Assembly (NCBI GenBank): GCA_963662545.2
Contig: CAXXLL010000003.1
Coordinates: 128,001-192,000, forward strand
Reading direction: 5' to 3'
Length of the DNA stretch: 64,000 nt
DNA from: Gammaproteobacteria bacterium
GTDB lineage: Bacteria > Pseudomonadota > Gammaproteobacteria > Ga0077536
In this document: piece after piece, positions 1 through 8,142 of the stretch
How positions within the stretch are numbered: the stretch's first letter is position 1
How the letters are laid out: each line of letters opens with the position of its first letter
Notes under the pieces: model-generated
Told to the model about the DNA's origin: nothing
What the model saw: the letters and a program-made list of their open reading frames with translations, nothing else
Database searches by the model: none
Translations under genes and position numbers: made by a program

Positions 1-267
1 TTCGAGTTCGGTCCGCAGCTCGCGGTAGTTGTAGATCTCCCCGTTATAGGTCAGCCAGCAACGGCCGTCGTCGGAACTCATCGGCTGTTGACCGGTGGCG
101 AGGTCGATGATCGACAGCCGGCGGTGGCCAAACCCAACCCCAGGCTCGAGATATAGTCCGCTCTCGTCGGGACCCCGGTGGGTTAGTGCATCGGTCATCC
201 GCCGCAACAGGCTCTCAGGAACGTCGCTTGTCCCGCGCAGATCCACGATGCCCGCGATGCCACACAT
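1..267 (-). CDS. Asparagine synthase-like glutamine amidotransferase (XrtA/PEP-CTERM system type), 5' part; runs off the window
   Basis: Manual translation from ATG at 267: MCGIAGIVDLRG...LTHRGPDESG...GHRRLSIIDL...GQQPM...YNGEIYNY, the Ntn amidotransferase N-terminus; lies in an exosortase locus. Confidence 0.88.
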   Translation of the reverse strand, partial: MCGIAGIVDLRGTSDVPESLLRRMTDALTHRGPDESGLYLEPGVGFGHRRLSIIDLATGQQPMSSDDGRCWLTYNGEIYNYRELRTELE

Positions 268-463
268 TTTCGGGGTCTCCGGTTTAACTCTGACAGACTG
301 TTAGCAGTCTGTCGGACTTAGGATAATAAGGATTCGAACGCCAAATTGGACCGATGGCGAGCTCTTAGGTATTACCGACCATTTCCAGAGAAGTAGTGGT
401 TAGCCGCCATGTATGTTGCTGGTGATTTCGACAGGGATACTCATCCCCCACCGTTTTCTTCCT

Positions 464-817
464 TTACGCAATAAGACACTCGTAGGGAATCTTTAGGCCT
501 TCGTGCAATTTCTTGATCATTGCCAGCGTTAGACTTCGCTTTCTGCTCAGCACCTCAGACACACGCCCACTCGTTCCGATATAAGGCTCCAGATCTTTGC
601 GCGACAAGCCGTTCTGCTCCATCAAAAACTTTATCGCCTCAATAGGATCCGATGCGGGAATTGCATAGTACTCCTCCTCATATTTCTCAACGAGAAGCAT
701 TAAGATATCCAATTCATCGCCTCTTGGCGTATTGGGTCTTGCACCCCATAGCTCATCAATGCGTATTAACGCACGACTCAGCCCACGGTCATTTTTAATA
801 GGTTTCAGCTTCATCAT
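464..817 (-). CDS. higA: HigA-type antitoxin with HTH domain
   Basis: PNTPRGDELDILMLLVEKYE...DPIEAIKFLMEQNGLSRKDL...GRVSEVLSRKRSLTL; directly downstream of higB. Confidence 0.88.
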   Translation of the reverse strand: MMKLKPIKNDRGLSRALIRIDELWGARPNTPRGDELDILMLLVEKYEEEYYAIPASDPIEAIKFLMEQNGLSRKDLEPYIGTSGRVSEVLSRKRSLTLAMIKKLHEGLKIPYECLIA

Positions 818-822
818 AAATC

Positions 823-1128
823 TCAAATATGCTCAATATCCTCGATCTCGTCGTATTGCCTATGCGTTCCGACAAAACGAATGAGCATCCCATGCCGAAC
901 ATAATCCATAATAACTACAATTCTGTATTTGTTACCGCATATATTAAAAACAACACGATTGTTCTTTAAGATACTTGCATTGGTTAAGTCCGCCTTTAAT
1001 TTGTGCGGCGTACTCCATTTTGCCGTTGCACAATAGTTGTACCATTCCGTCATTCGCTTCTTCGCATCTCTATACTTCGGACTACTTTCCCAAAATTTCC
1101 GCAACCTGGACATTGCGATCACCCTCAT
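823..1128 (-). CDS. higB: HigB-type mRNA interferase toxin
   Basis: MRVIA...LRKFWE...NASILKNNRVVFNICGNKYRIVV...IRFVGTHRQYD; toxin-first gene order. Confidence 0.88.
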   Translation of the reverse strand: MRVIAMSRLRKFWESSPKYRDAKKRMTEWYNYCATAKWSTPHKLKADLTNASILKNNRVVFNICGNKYRIVVIMDYVRHGMLIRFVGTHRQYDEIEDIEHI

Positions 1129-1146
1129 TGACATACCCTAGCATGC

Positions 1147-1185
1147 TCCCACCATGGGATCTAGCAGGAATATCCCAATTTGGGA
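1147..1185. promoter_or_regulatory. Putative higBA operator: two TCCCA-N3-TGGGA palindromes
   Basis: TCCCAccaTGGGA (1147-1159) and TCCCAattTGGGA (1173-1185) just upstream of the higB start. Confidence 0.6.
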
Positions 1186-1451
1186 GGTTTTACCCTTCAG
1201 ATTGATGACTCGTCGGTATCTGCGGTGTATTCGAATAGGACGCGGATCCCAAACATCGGAGGTCCGATCGAGGCGATAATTTTTGCCTAAGATTCGCCCG
1301 CAAGCGGGCTCCTACGGAATTGCCGCCGAGCGTCATCGGCGCCGGGACGGTAGGAGCCCGCTTGCGGGCGAATCTTCCTACGGCCAACCCATTGCGGCAA
1401 CCTCTCGATCATCTCTAGAATCGTCCTTCATTCCTGACCAGGGACTGGTCA

Positions 1452-1907
1452 ATGGCGAAATATCACGGAAAGAATCTTCGCAAAGGACGGTATTCGGAGC
1501 CCGGACGCCCCTACCTCGTCACCGCCGTCTCGCACGCGCGTCGGCCGGTCTTCAACGACTGGTACGTGGCACGCGCGTTAGTCGTGGAACTGCGGCGTGT
1601 GACCGACGATCAATGCGTCGATACGCTCGCCTGGGTGATCATGCCGGACCACTTTCACTGGCTTGTTGTGCTGCGTGAAGCTGCGCTTGAAGAAGTCGTG
1701 ATGCGGGTTAAATCTCGCAGTGCCATCGCAATCAATCGGCTGCTCGGCTCCCACGGACGAATATGGCAGCGGGGCTTCCACGATCATGCGTTACGGCGCG
1801 AAGAATACATTCAACATGTCACCCGTTATCTCATCGCCAATCCATTGAGGGCGGAGCTCGTGAAACGTTTCGGGGACTATCCGTTGTGGGATGCCGTTTG
1901 GGTCTGA
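1452..1907 (+). CDS. REP-associated tyrosine transposase (RAYT/TnpA-REP, Y1 HUH)
   Basis: LRKGRYSEPG..YLVT, WVIMPDHFHWL (HUH), IWQRGFHDHALR, RYLIANPLRA; flanked by GTAG REPs. Confidence 0.92.
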   Translation: MAKYHGKNLRKGRYSEPGRPYLVTAVSHARRPVFNDWYVARALVVELRRVTDDQCVDTLAWVIMPDHFHWLVVLREAALEEVVMRVKSRSAIAINRLLGSHGRIWQRGFHDHALRREEYIQHVTRYLIANPLRAELVKRFGDYPLWDAVWV

Positions 1908-2054
1908 AGATCACGGGCGTGAATGATTCGCCCGCCAGCGGGCTCCTACGACGAGGCGATGTGGATCGCGAACGTCGGGGGTTTGATCGAGGTGATTTTC
2001 TCTCGCCTCACGAATAAGGATCGATTGCGCGCCGCTGCAATCGATCCTCATTCG

Positions 2055-2351
2055 TTATGTGCGATTCATCCAGCGTCGCGGATGGCGGCTGCCATGCATA
2101 ACGGTAACAATGGTTACGGACTCGCTGGATGCACGGTAAAAGACGCTGAACGGAAATCTTTGTAGCAGCGCGCGTCGCGCGCCACGGTGGATTTCTGGAT
2201 ATGAAGACGGATTTTCGCCAATTCTTGAAAAGGCACTTTGGACTTCATCTACAAATTCGTTTCAAAGGCCAGATTGTTGGGATTCATACCAGCGGGAGGC
2301 CTCTTCGATATCTTTTCGCGCTCGCGGACGAACGCGGACCGAAAAGCTCAT
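2055..2351 (-). pseudogene. RelE/ParE-family toxin with an internal stop at codon 30
   Basis: Manual translation MSFSVRVRPRARKDIEEASRWYESQQSGL*NEF...RRALLQRFPFSVFY...VMHGSRHPRRW; TGA at 2262-2264; ATGA overlap with the antitoxin stop. Confidence 0.8.
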
Positions 2352-2557
2352 AGATTTCTACGAATTTGCGCTAATACGACTTCGGCTGGATCCCCAAGGT
2401 CTCCATCCGCCTCGAATTCATCGAGCCGGTCATCTAATTCTGCTTTTTGTGCATCAGTCAGGGGCAACTTTTGTTGGTCGGCCGCGATACTGTCCCAAAG
2501 ATCCTCAACGAGCTTCAGGCGCGCCTCTATGGGTAAATCTTGGATTCTAGTTGCCAT
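2348..2557 (-). CDS. Addiction-module antitoxin component
   Basis: LPIEARLKLVEDLWDSI...LTDAQKAELDDRL motif; overlaps the ParE-like gene. Confidence 0.85.
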   Translation of the reverse strand: MATRIQDLPIEARLKLVEDLWDSIAADQQKLPLTDAQKAELDDRLDEFEADGDLGDPAEVVLAQIRRNL

Positions 2558-2840
2558 TACGGCTGGTTCTTCAAAGTCGCCTATTGCCAGTTTAGTCTGA
2601 TTGCTGCTTGCAGCACATAATTCTCCGTTGTGGGATGCCATTTGGGATTGAAGATCATGGACGTGAATGATTCGCCCGCAAGCGGGCTCCTACCATGATC
2701 TTCTTCGACGAGACGAGGCGATGCGGATCACGAACGTCGGCGGTCTGATTGAGGTGATTTTTTTCGCCTGACATTCGCCCGCGAGCGAGCTCCTACGGTT
2801 CCATCTGGCCTCACTCTCCGACCCGCTTCGCTAGGAACGC

Positions 2841-3962
2841 TTAGGTCCGACAAGCCGCCAGCGCCCGGTATTCGGCGTCGTAGGCGCGGATCATGGTCGC
2901 GAGGCTGAAGTGCGACTCGACCCGTTCGCGGCCATGCCGGCCGTGTCGCTGCCGCAGTGCCGCGTCGTCGATGTAGCGTTCGAGCGCGGCGGCCAGCGCC
3001 GCGTCGTCGTCAGGTTCAAGCAAAAGGCCCGATTCGCCGTCGGCAACCAGATCCGGATTCCCGCCCACGGCCGTCGCGATCACCGGCAGGCCGGTCGCCA
3101 TCGCTTCCAGGATGGTGTTCGAAATCCCCTCCGCGAGCGAGGGCAGCACGAAGACGTCCATCGACCTCAAGTCGTCCGCTACCGCATCGGAATCGCCCCG
3201 AAACAGGACATGAGCCGCGCAATCCGCTTCGTTGACGATGCTTCGGCAGTCCTGTTCCAGCGGCCCGCTACCGACCAGTATGAGGCTCACACGCCCGGCG
3301 AGTTCCGGCCGGCGGCGCATCAGGGCTACGAATACACGGCACAGAAACGTTTGATTCTTGACCGCCTTCATCCTGCCGACCGTTCCGACGGTCAGCATCT
3401 CATGTGATCCCTCCGGGCGAGGGTGGAACTTCACGTCGTCGACCCCGTTGTAGATCTGGACGACCTTGCGCCTGGGTATTCGTACGGTATCGACCAGGTA
3501 GCGCTCGAGCTCGCGCGACAACGCGACGAAACGATGCGCGCAGTGACCCAGGATCCTGCGCGCTATCCGGTATTTGCGATTGCTGCCGTCGAGATCATTC
3601 ATGTCCCAGCCGTGCTCGCCGTGCACACGCCCTTTCACGCCGCACATCAACCCGAGTGTCTGCATTTCGAGCGCGGCGAAGTTACGGGTATGCAGCACGT
3701 GTGGACGGGTCTCACGCAGCACGCGCCACATCTGCGCCCAGACACGGGGATCGTTACCCTCGCGCTTGTGCAGAGCCCGAAACTCCACGTTCGTGGCCTG
3801 CACGCGCCGGCAATATGTCCTGTCGTAATCCGTCAGACATACGATTACGTGGCTGTAACTGCGCTCCTCGAGTCGATTGACGAGATTAATGACGCCATTC
3901 TCGAGCCCGCCGATGTCGAAGCGAAACAATACATGCACGATTCGAATGGGGTCCGCTGTCAT
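2841..3962 (-). CDS. GT4 glycosyltransferase, PEP-CTERM/XrtA system type
   Basis: HVLFRFDIGGLENGVINLVN, HGEHGWD..DLDG, DVFVLPSLAEGISNTILEAMATGLP. Confidence 0.9.
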   Translation of the reverse strand: MTADPIRIVHVLFRFDIGGLENGVINLVNRLEERSYSHVIVCLTDYDRTYCRRVQATNVEFRALHKREGNDPRVWAQMWRVLRETRPHVLHTRNFAALEMQTLGLMCGVKGRVHGEHGWDMNDLDGSNRKYRIARRILGHCAHRFVALSRELERYLVDTVRIPRRKVVQIYNGVDDVKFHPRPEGSHEMLTVGTVGRMKAVKNQTFLCRVFVALMRRRPELAGRVSLILVGSGPLEQDCRSIVNEADCAAHVLFRGDSDAVADDLRSMDVFVLPSLAEGISNTILEAMATGLPVIATAVGGNPDLVADGESGLLLEPDDDAALAAALERYIDDAALRQRHGRHGRERVESHFSLATMIRAYDAEYRALAACRT

Positions 3963-3973
3963 CAATGTTCCGT

Positions 3974-5124
3974 TCAGCGTGCTTGCTGCATGCGCTCGAG
4001 CGTCAGCACGCCGCTGTTCACGAATCCTTGCAGCACTGCGGCCGGATCGCTGCCGTCCACGAACGCTGTTCGAACCGTCGTAACCGCACCCCCGCCGGGC
4101 CGCCCGGCCATGCGCGCGCGGGCTTCCCCGAATTTTATCCGTAGACGATTCGCCGATCGACTGCCCGGCGTTTCGTACCAATACCAAAGAAGGTATTCGC
4201 CGCTGCCGTCGCCAGCCCGAAGATGAAGCTCCACCACGTCGGTTACCGGCGATGAGTCCGGTAGCTCACGATGCCCGTGCGCGAGCTGTCGCCAGAGCGT
4301 TTCGTCAAAGACCTTGTTGGACTGGTTGACCAGCTCCTGCCCGTCGCCTTGGGAGCGGTAGTAAAACACCTCCAGGATCACGTGTGCACCGTGTTCGGCG
4401 ACGTAGGTCGCGGCGAGCATTTGATCGACGCCGTCGAACCGTGCCCCGAGTGTCGGCGATAAAGGATCCGGCCCGCTCCAACCAGGAGGCGCCCGTGGCA
4501 ATTCGATCGCAGGCGAGATCGGGCGCGCCGAATCAATACTCGCCAGCAGTCCGCGCGGCACCAGCGCCGCGGCGAGCGTCAGCACCATGATCACGCTCGC
4601 TCGGGCGGGCCGCACCTGCCCGGGCAGCTGCGGTACGGAAACGGGCGCTGCCTCTTCGTCACTGAACAGATTACCGAGCGCGAACAGCGCAAAGATGACG
4701 ACACCAAAGAACACCCAACCGTAAATCAGGTGGTCGACGCCCAATGCATAACGGTAGTCACTCAGGTGAGCGATCATCACGATGCCGTAAGCCCGCAAGC
4801 CATTTGCGATCAACGGCACTGCGATGGCGAGCAGCATGAACAGCACTCGCCGCCAGAGACTGCGAAAACGCAGATACATGAACATGGTCGCGACGGCCAA
4901 GGTGGCGATCAGGTAATTGATCCCGCTGCAGGCTTCCGCCACCACGAAGTTTCCGGTCGGAATGCTCAAGTAACGGCCTTCGAGGAACACGGGAATTCCC
5001 GTCGCCCTGAGTGCCGCGACCAGGACGAGCGCGGTCCAATCCTGGAGATAAGGGACCAGGAATTCACCTTCGGGAACGGCGAAGTAGAGGTAGAAAAACG
5101 GAAAAACCAGGATGCGGAATACCT
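3974..5124 (-). pseudogene. xrtA: Exosortase A with C-terminal EpsI-like domain, 5'-truncated at the IS end
   Basis: FAVPEGEFLVPYLQDWTA, VAEACSGINYL (catalytic Cys), ANGLRAYG, VDHLIYGWVFF; the frame breaks at the inverted repeat at 5125. Confidence 0.85.
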
Positions 5125-5133
5125 GGTAGTGTC

Positions 5134-6021
5134 TCAGTTTGAAATCTGCTTTCTATGGGCTTTTGGTCGGCCCGACTTTGGTGCTCGCGCATCAATCAAG
5201 CCAACAAGCCATTCCATGTCGTGCAACGTGTCGGTGACACCTGCGGCCATAGCAGGCGTCATGCGAAGTGACTTGTGCATCCTCACGAAGTTGTAGTGCA
5301 CGAAGTACAGACTCAACATATGTAGGTGATTCTCCAATTTTTTACTAAAGCCGTTGGTAAGCCGAGTGAATCGGCGCATGCCCATGCGCATCGTCAGGTT
5401 GTGGCGCTCGACATGGGACGTACTGACGTGTCCTCGTTCTGGAGACCCTTCAACAACCCTCGTTCTAGTACCCATGCATTCGGCTGGCGAGTATTTGCGT
5501 TCGTGACCTTGCCGACCGTTCGGAGCGCCGTACAACTTCACTAACTGAGCAAAGTCCACGTCGCCGCCAAACGCACCCTCAACTGCTTCCAGATACGCCT
5601 TGTGCCCGTCCGTGGTGAGTTGCACTCGATTAGCAAGCCGCGCCCGTAAGTCGTCCATGAATTCGATAGCCGTAGCGCTTGAGCGGTCGCCTACCTCGTA
5701 GGACAATATCATCTTGGTATCGCTGTCGATGGCGGTCCATGTCCACACATCGCCCGCACCTTCTGGAGCCGCCTTAGCGGCTCTAACATTCTTATCCTTG
5801 GCGTAGCAGAAAGACCAAATCTCGTCGCACTGGATGCGCTTTGCGGACACGTTGCGCACGGCTTCGTTATGATGCGCGGCGCAAGCCTCACCAGCTTCAA
5901 CCATCAGCTTTGTCACAGTGTTGATCGAAACGCCGACTGTCCTACTGATCGATCGCATGGACATGCCTTCAACCAGCATAGAGAGAATTTGGATACGTTT
6001 GGCAAGAGGCAATTTGTTCAT
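5134..6021 (-). CDS. IS1-family DDE transposase
   Basis: N-terminal HTH, IQCDEIWSF, WTWTAIDSDTK, LTTDG, STSHVERHNLTMR..MRRFTRLTNGFSKK; stop codon lies inside the IR. Confidence 0.88.
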   Translation of the reverse strand: MNKLPLAKRIQILSMLVEGMSMRSISRTVGVSINTVTKLMVEAGEACAAHHNEAVRNVSAKRIQCDEIWSFCYAKDKNVRAAKAAPEGAGDVWTWTAIDSDTKMILSYEVGDRSSATAIEFMDDLRARLANRVQLTTDGHKAYLEAVEGAFGGDVDFAQLVKLYGAPNGRQGHERKYSPAECMGTRTRVVEGSPERGHVSTSHVERHNLTMRMGMRRFTRLTNGFSKKLENHLHMLSLYFVHYNFVRMHKSLRMTPAMAAGVTDTLHDMEWLVGLIDARAPKSGRPKAHRKQISN

Positions 6022-6066
6022 GCCTCTATTATATGAACTTATATCCTTACCGTCAAGCTTCTATGT

Positions 6067-7149
6067 TCATTTAACTACGTACAGGCTGGGTTTTTCCCTG
6101 ACAAGGTACGACCCGTAAATGTCCCAGATATCGCTAACGCTGGTGTTTAGAAGCCCCTCCAAACTCGCCACGTCGTATTGAAGATCGTCTGAATGTAGCC
6201 GGATAAGGCGCGGGAATACCTTTGGCTGCTCGGAGGGGAAATCCGTCTCCTGCGGCTCCCTCGTCCGCCAACCAAGTGCGGATAGTTTCTTCCAAAGGTA
6301 TTCACTTTGGTGGCGCGTCAGAATATCAAGCACCCCCACCCGGTAGAGCAAGAAAGCCATTGATACTTTCCAGTAAGCTTTCTGACGAGCGAGCCATTCG
6401 AGTGTTACGCGTTGTCCAAGAGCCGCTCTGCGAAATTGCCGTTCCGGCACAAGAAGCTCACCGGCAAAGGCGTTCGCCTCGTCCTCAATCGTGTCGGAGG
6501 GAACCGTGTGCATAACGATGTGGCCCAATTCGTGAGCCAATGAGAACCGCATTCTATCTGGCGGCGACTTACGGTTGAGGAAAATGCAGGGCGGAAGATC
6601 ACGAACGCTCATTGTGACGCCATCTACGCCGCTCTCAAGATCGCACCAAACCACCAAAATGCCAGCGCACTCGCAATGCTCAGTGAGACTCTGGATAGGT
6701 CCATCAGGGATGGACCATGCGCGCCTAATTGTCTCAGCAATTTCCTGCGGCCCGCCGCCTTCATCGACATCGATGTGAGGCAATGGAAGCTCTGGATGAA
6801 TATCAGCAGCCCTCAGAAATATTCGTAGATGCATGAGGCGAATGTTTAGCTCTGCATGTATCTGCTTTAGCGCACGCGCGCTGACCTTTTTTTTCTTGCG
6901 GTTAAAGGGATGCACGCTCAATGGAAGACCCGCCAGCCCGTCATCTTGGTAGAAAAAGCCCACCGGGAACTGTAAGGCGGCGGCGATGCATTCAGCGTTA
7001 TCGGGAGATGGGCCTCCAGGGACAAGGCCATTCTCAATTCGTGAATAGTGCCCCTGGTTCAGCCCCGCCTTTAGAGCTACGTCAGTTTGACTTACCCTCC
7101 GAAACTGCCTTGCAAGGCACAGCAGGGCCGGATTGAACGCGCCAGCCAT
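6067..7149 (-). CDS. XRE-HTH / ImmA-IrrE Zn metallopeptidase fusion
   Basis: SQTDVALKAGLNQGHYSRIENG HTH; RMRFSLAHELGH (HExxH); EDEANAFAGELL. Confidence 0.9.
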   Translation of the reverse strand: MAGAFNPALLCLARQFRRVSQTDVALKAGLNQGHYSRIENGLVPGGPSPDNAECIAAALQFPVGFFYQDDGLAGLPLSVHPFNRKKKKVSARALKQIHAELNIRLMHLRIFLRAADIHPELPLPHIDVDEGGGPQEIAETIRRAWSIPDGPIQSLTEHCECAGILVVWCDLESGVDGVTMSVRDLPPCIFLNRKSPPDRMRFSLAHELGHIVMHTVPSDTIEDEANAFAGELLVPERQFRRAALGQRVTLEWLARQKAYWKVSMAFLLYRVGVLDILTRHQSEYLWKKLSALGWRTREPQETDFPSEQPKVFPRLIRLHSDDLQYDVASLEGLLNTSVSDIWDIYGSYLVREKPSLYVVK

Positions 7150-7152
7150 AGT

Positions 7153-7747
7153 TATCTACGTTCATCCTCGTCCGGCTTGTCATCGCCCCTCTTTACTGGG
7201 CGCAACACGTGATCTGAGGCGGGAGCTGGCTTTGGCGAAGCCGGAAACTGCTCAACAACCGCACCGCCTGAACGAAACTCCAAAGAACCTTGCGCCCGTC
7301 ACGCGCGACCACGCCGATCCAATCAAGATTCCTTTCCAGCCTGTCGAATACGTGAGCGACCTCGACTCGGTGGCTCCCCTCAAACCCGAACAAGTCTTTG
7401 TCGCTTCTATGGAACAAAAGTGCCGAGAAGGTGGGGTAATTGGACGAAAGTAATTGCAGGCTGACCCTCTTGAAGCGCAGTACAACAATGCCGTCGAAAT
7501 GAAAGGAAAACGTGTCGTTAACCGGAATGATCCTGGCTCCTGGAACGTCACTGAGAGCGTCGACCGCGTTTTGGACCGAGTGCTCCCAAACCAGTGCGCG
7601 GCTTGTGGACTTCCGCCGATACCATGCCCGGTTCGTATATTCGCTCTTGACCGTGGCCCAAGCGTCCTCCACCGCTCTGCGGCAGAGAGTGTCGCGACTA
7701 TGCTTGGCAAGGACTTTGCGCACAACATCTTCGTCAGGAACCGCCAT
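7153..7747 (-). CDS. Hypothetical partner of the XRE-ImmA gene, probably frameshifted near 7270
   Basis: ORF 7193-7753; an alternative frame after WSF reads SGGAVVEQFPASPKP...EDERR* and stops 3 nt before the ImmA ATG. Confidence 0.55.
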
Positions 7748-7827
7748 ACTCAAGCACCCTTTGGTCGAATTGTGTGTTCAGAATGCCACGTAGGTTTCCG
7801 GAATGCAAGACCTAAATATGCGTGAAA

Positions 7828-8067
7828 TTATGCTTTCGTACGGATCCACCGTTGTTTTGCGGCTTTCTTGGCGATCTCCTTGCGCCGCTCCCCACTTAGC
7901 TTCTTAGCCCGAGCCGCCCCCCCCTTCCGCCCCAACGCTTGGGCGGCCTTGTCCTTGCCGTCCCCGTCCACCTCGTCCCCGATCTCACCAGTGGCGATCT
8001 TAGCAATCTTGACGGCGTTGCCGATGACATCAGCCGGACGTGTCTCGCCCTGCGGTCCTTTCGGCAT
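7828..8067 (-). CDS. Small basic (histone H1-like) protein inside the IS1-like element
   Basis: RPADVIGNAVKIAKIATGE...AAQALGRKGGAARAKKLS.ERRKEIAKKAA..RW. Confidence 0.75.
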   Translation of the reverse strand: MPKGPQGETRPADVIGNAVKIAKIATGEIGDEVDGDGKDKAAQALGRKGGAARAKKLSGERRKEIAKKAAKQRWIRTKA

Positions 8068-8142
8068 GGTGCAACCCTCCTGTACTTAGCGGTTAGCATA
8101 CAGGAATCAGGGGGCGGCGGGATTTCAAACTGAGACACTACC

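Larger units (their letters stand above)
1292..2796. repeat. GTAG-type REP array: five 24-bp copies of GTAGGAGCCCGCTTGCGGGCGAAT or close variants
   Basis: Copies at 1292-1315(-), 1350-1373(+), 1926-1949(-), 2670-2693(-), 2773-2796(-), flanking the RAYT gene. Confidence 0.9.
5125..8142 (-). mobile_element. IS1-like cargo transposon, 3018 bp, with 22-bp perfect terminal inverted repeats
   Basis: GGTAGTGTCTCAGTTTGAAATC (5125-5146) and its reverse complement (8121-8142); four co-oriented genes inside; no target duplication. Confidence 0.88.

Noticed and set aside
289-315. Hairpin TCTGACAGACTG-TTAG-CAGTCTGTCGGA as a terminator
   Set aside because: A real inverted repeat, but there is no U-tract and it lies ~20 nt upstream of a start codon; function unassignable.
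3963-4187. N-terminal extension of the 448-aa glycosyltransferase ORF
   Set aside because: Overlaps xrtA; family similarity starts at MTADPIRIVHV (3962).
7896-8142. C-terminal ~80 aa of the 837-aa kinase ORF
   Set aside because: Read-through into the IS inverted repeat and an alternate frame of the small basic gene; not native sequence.
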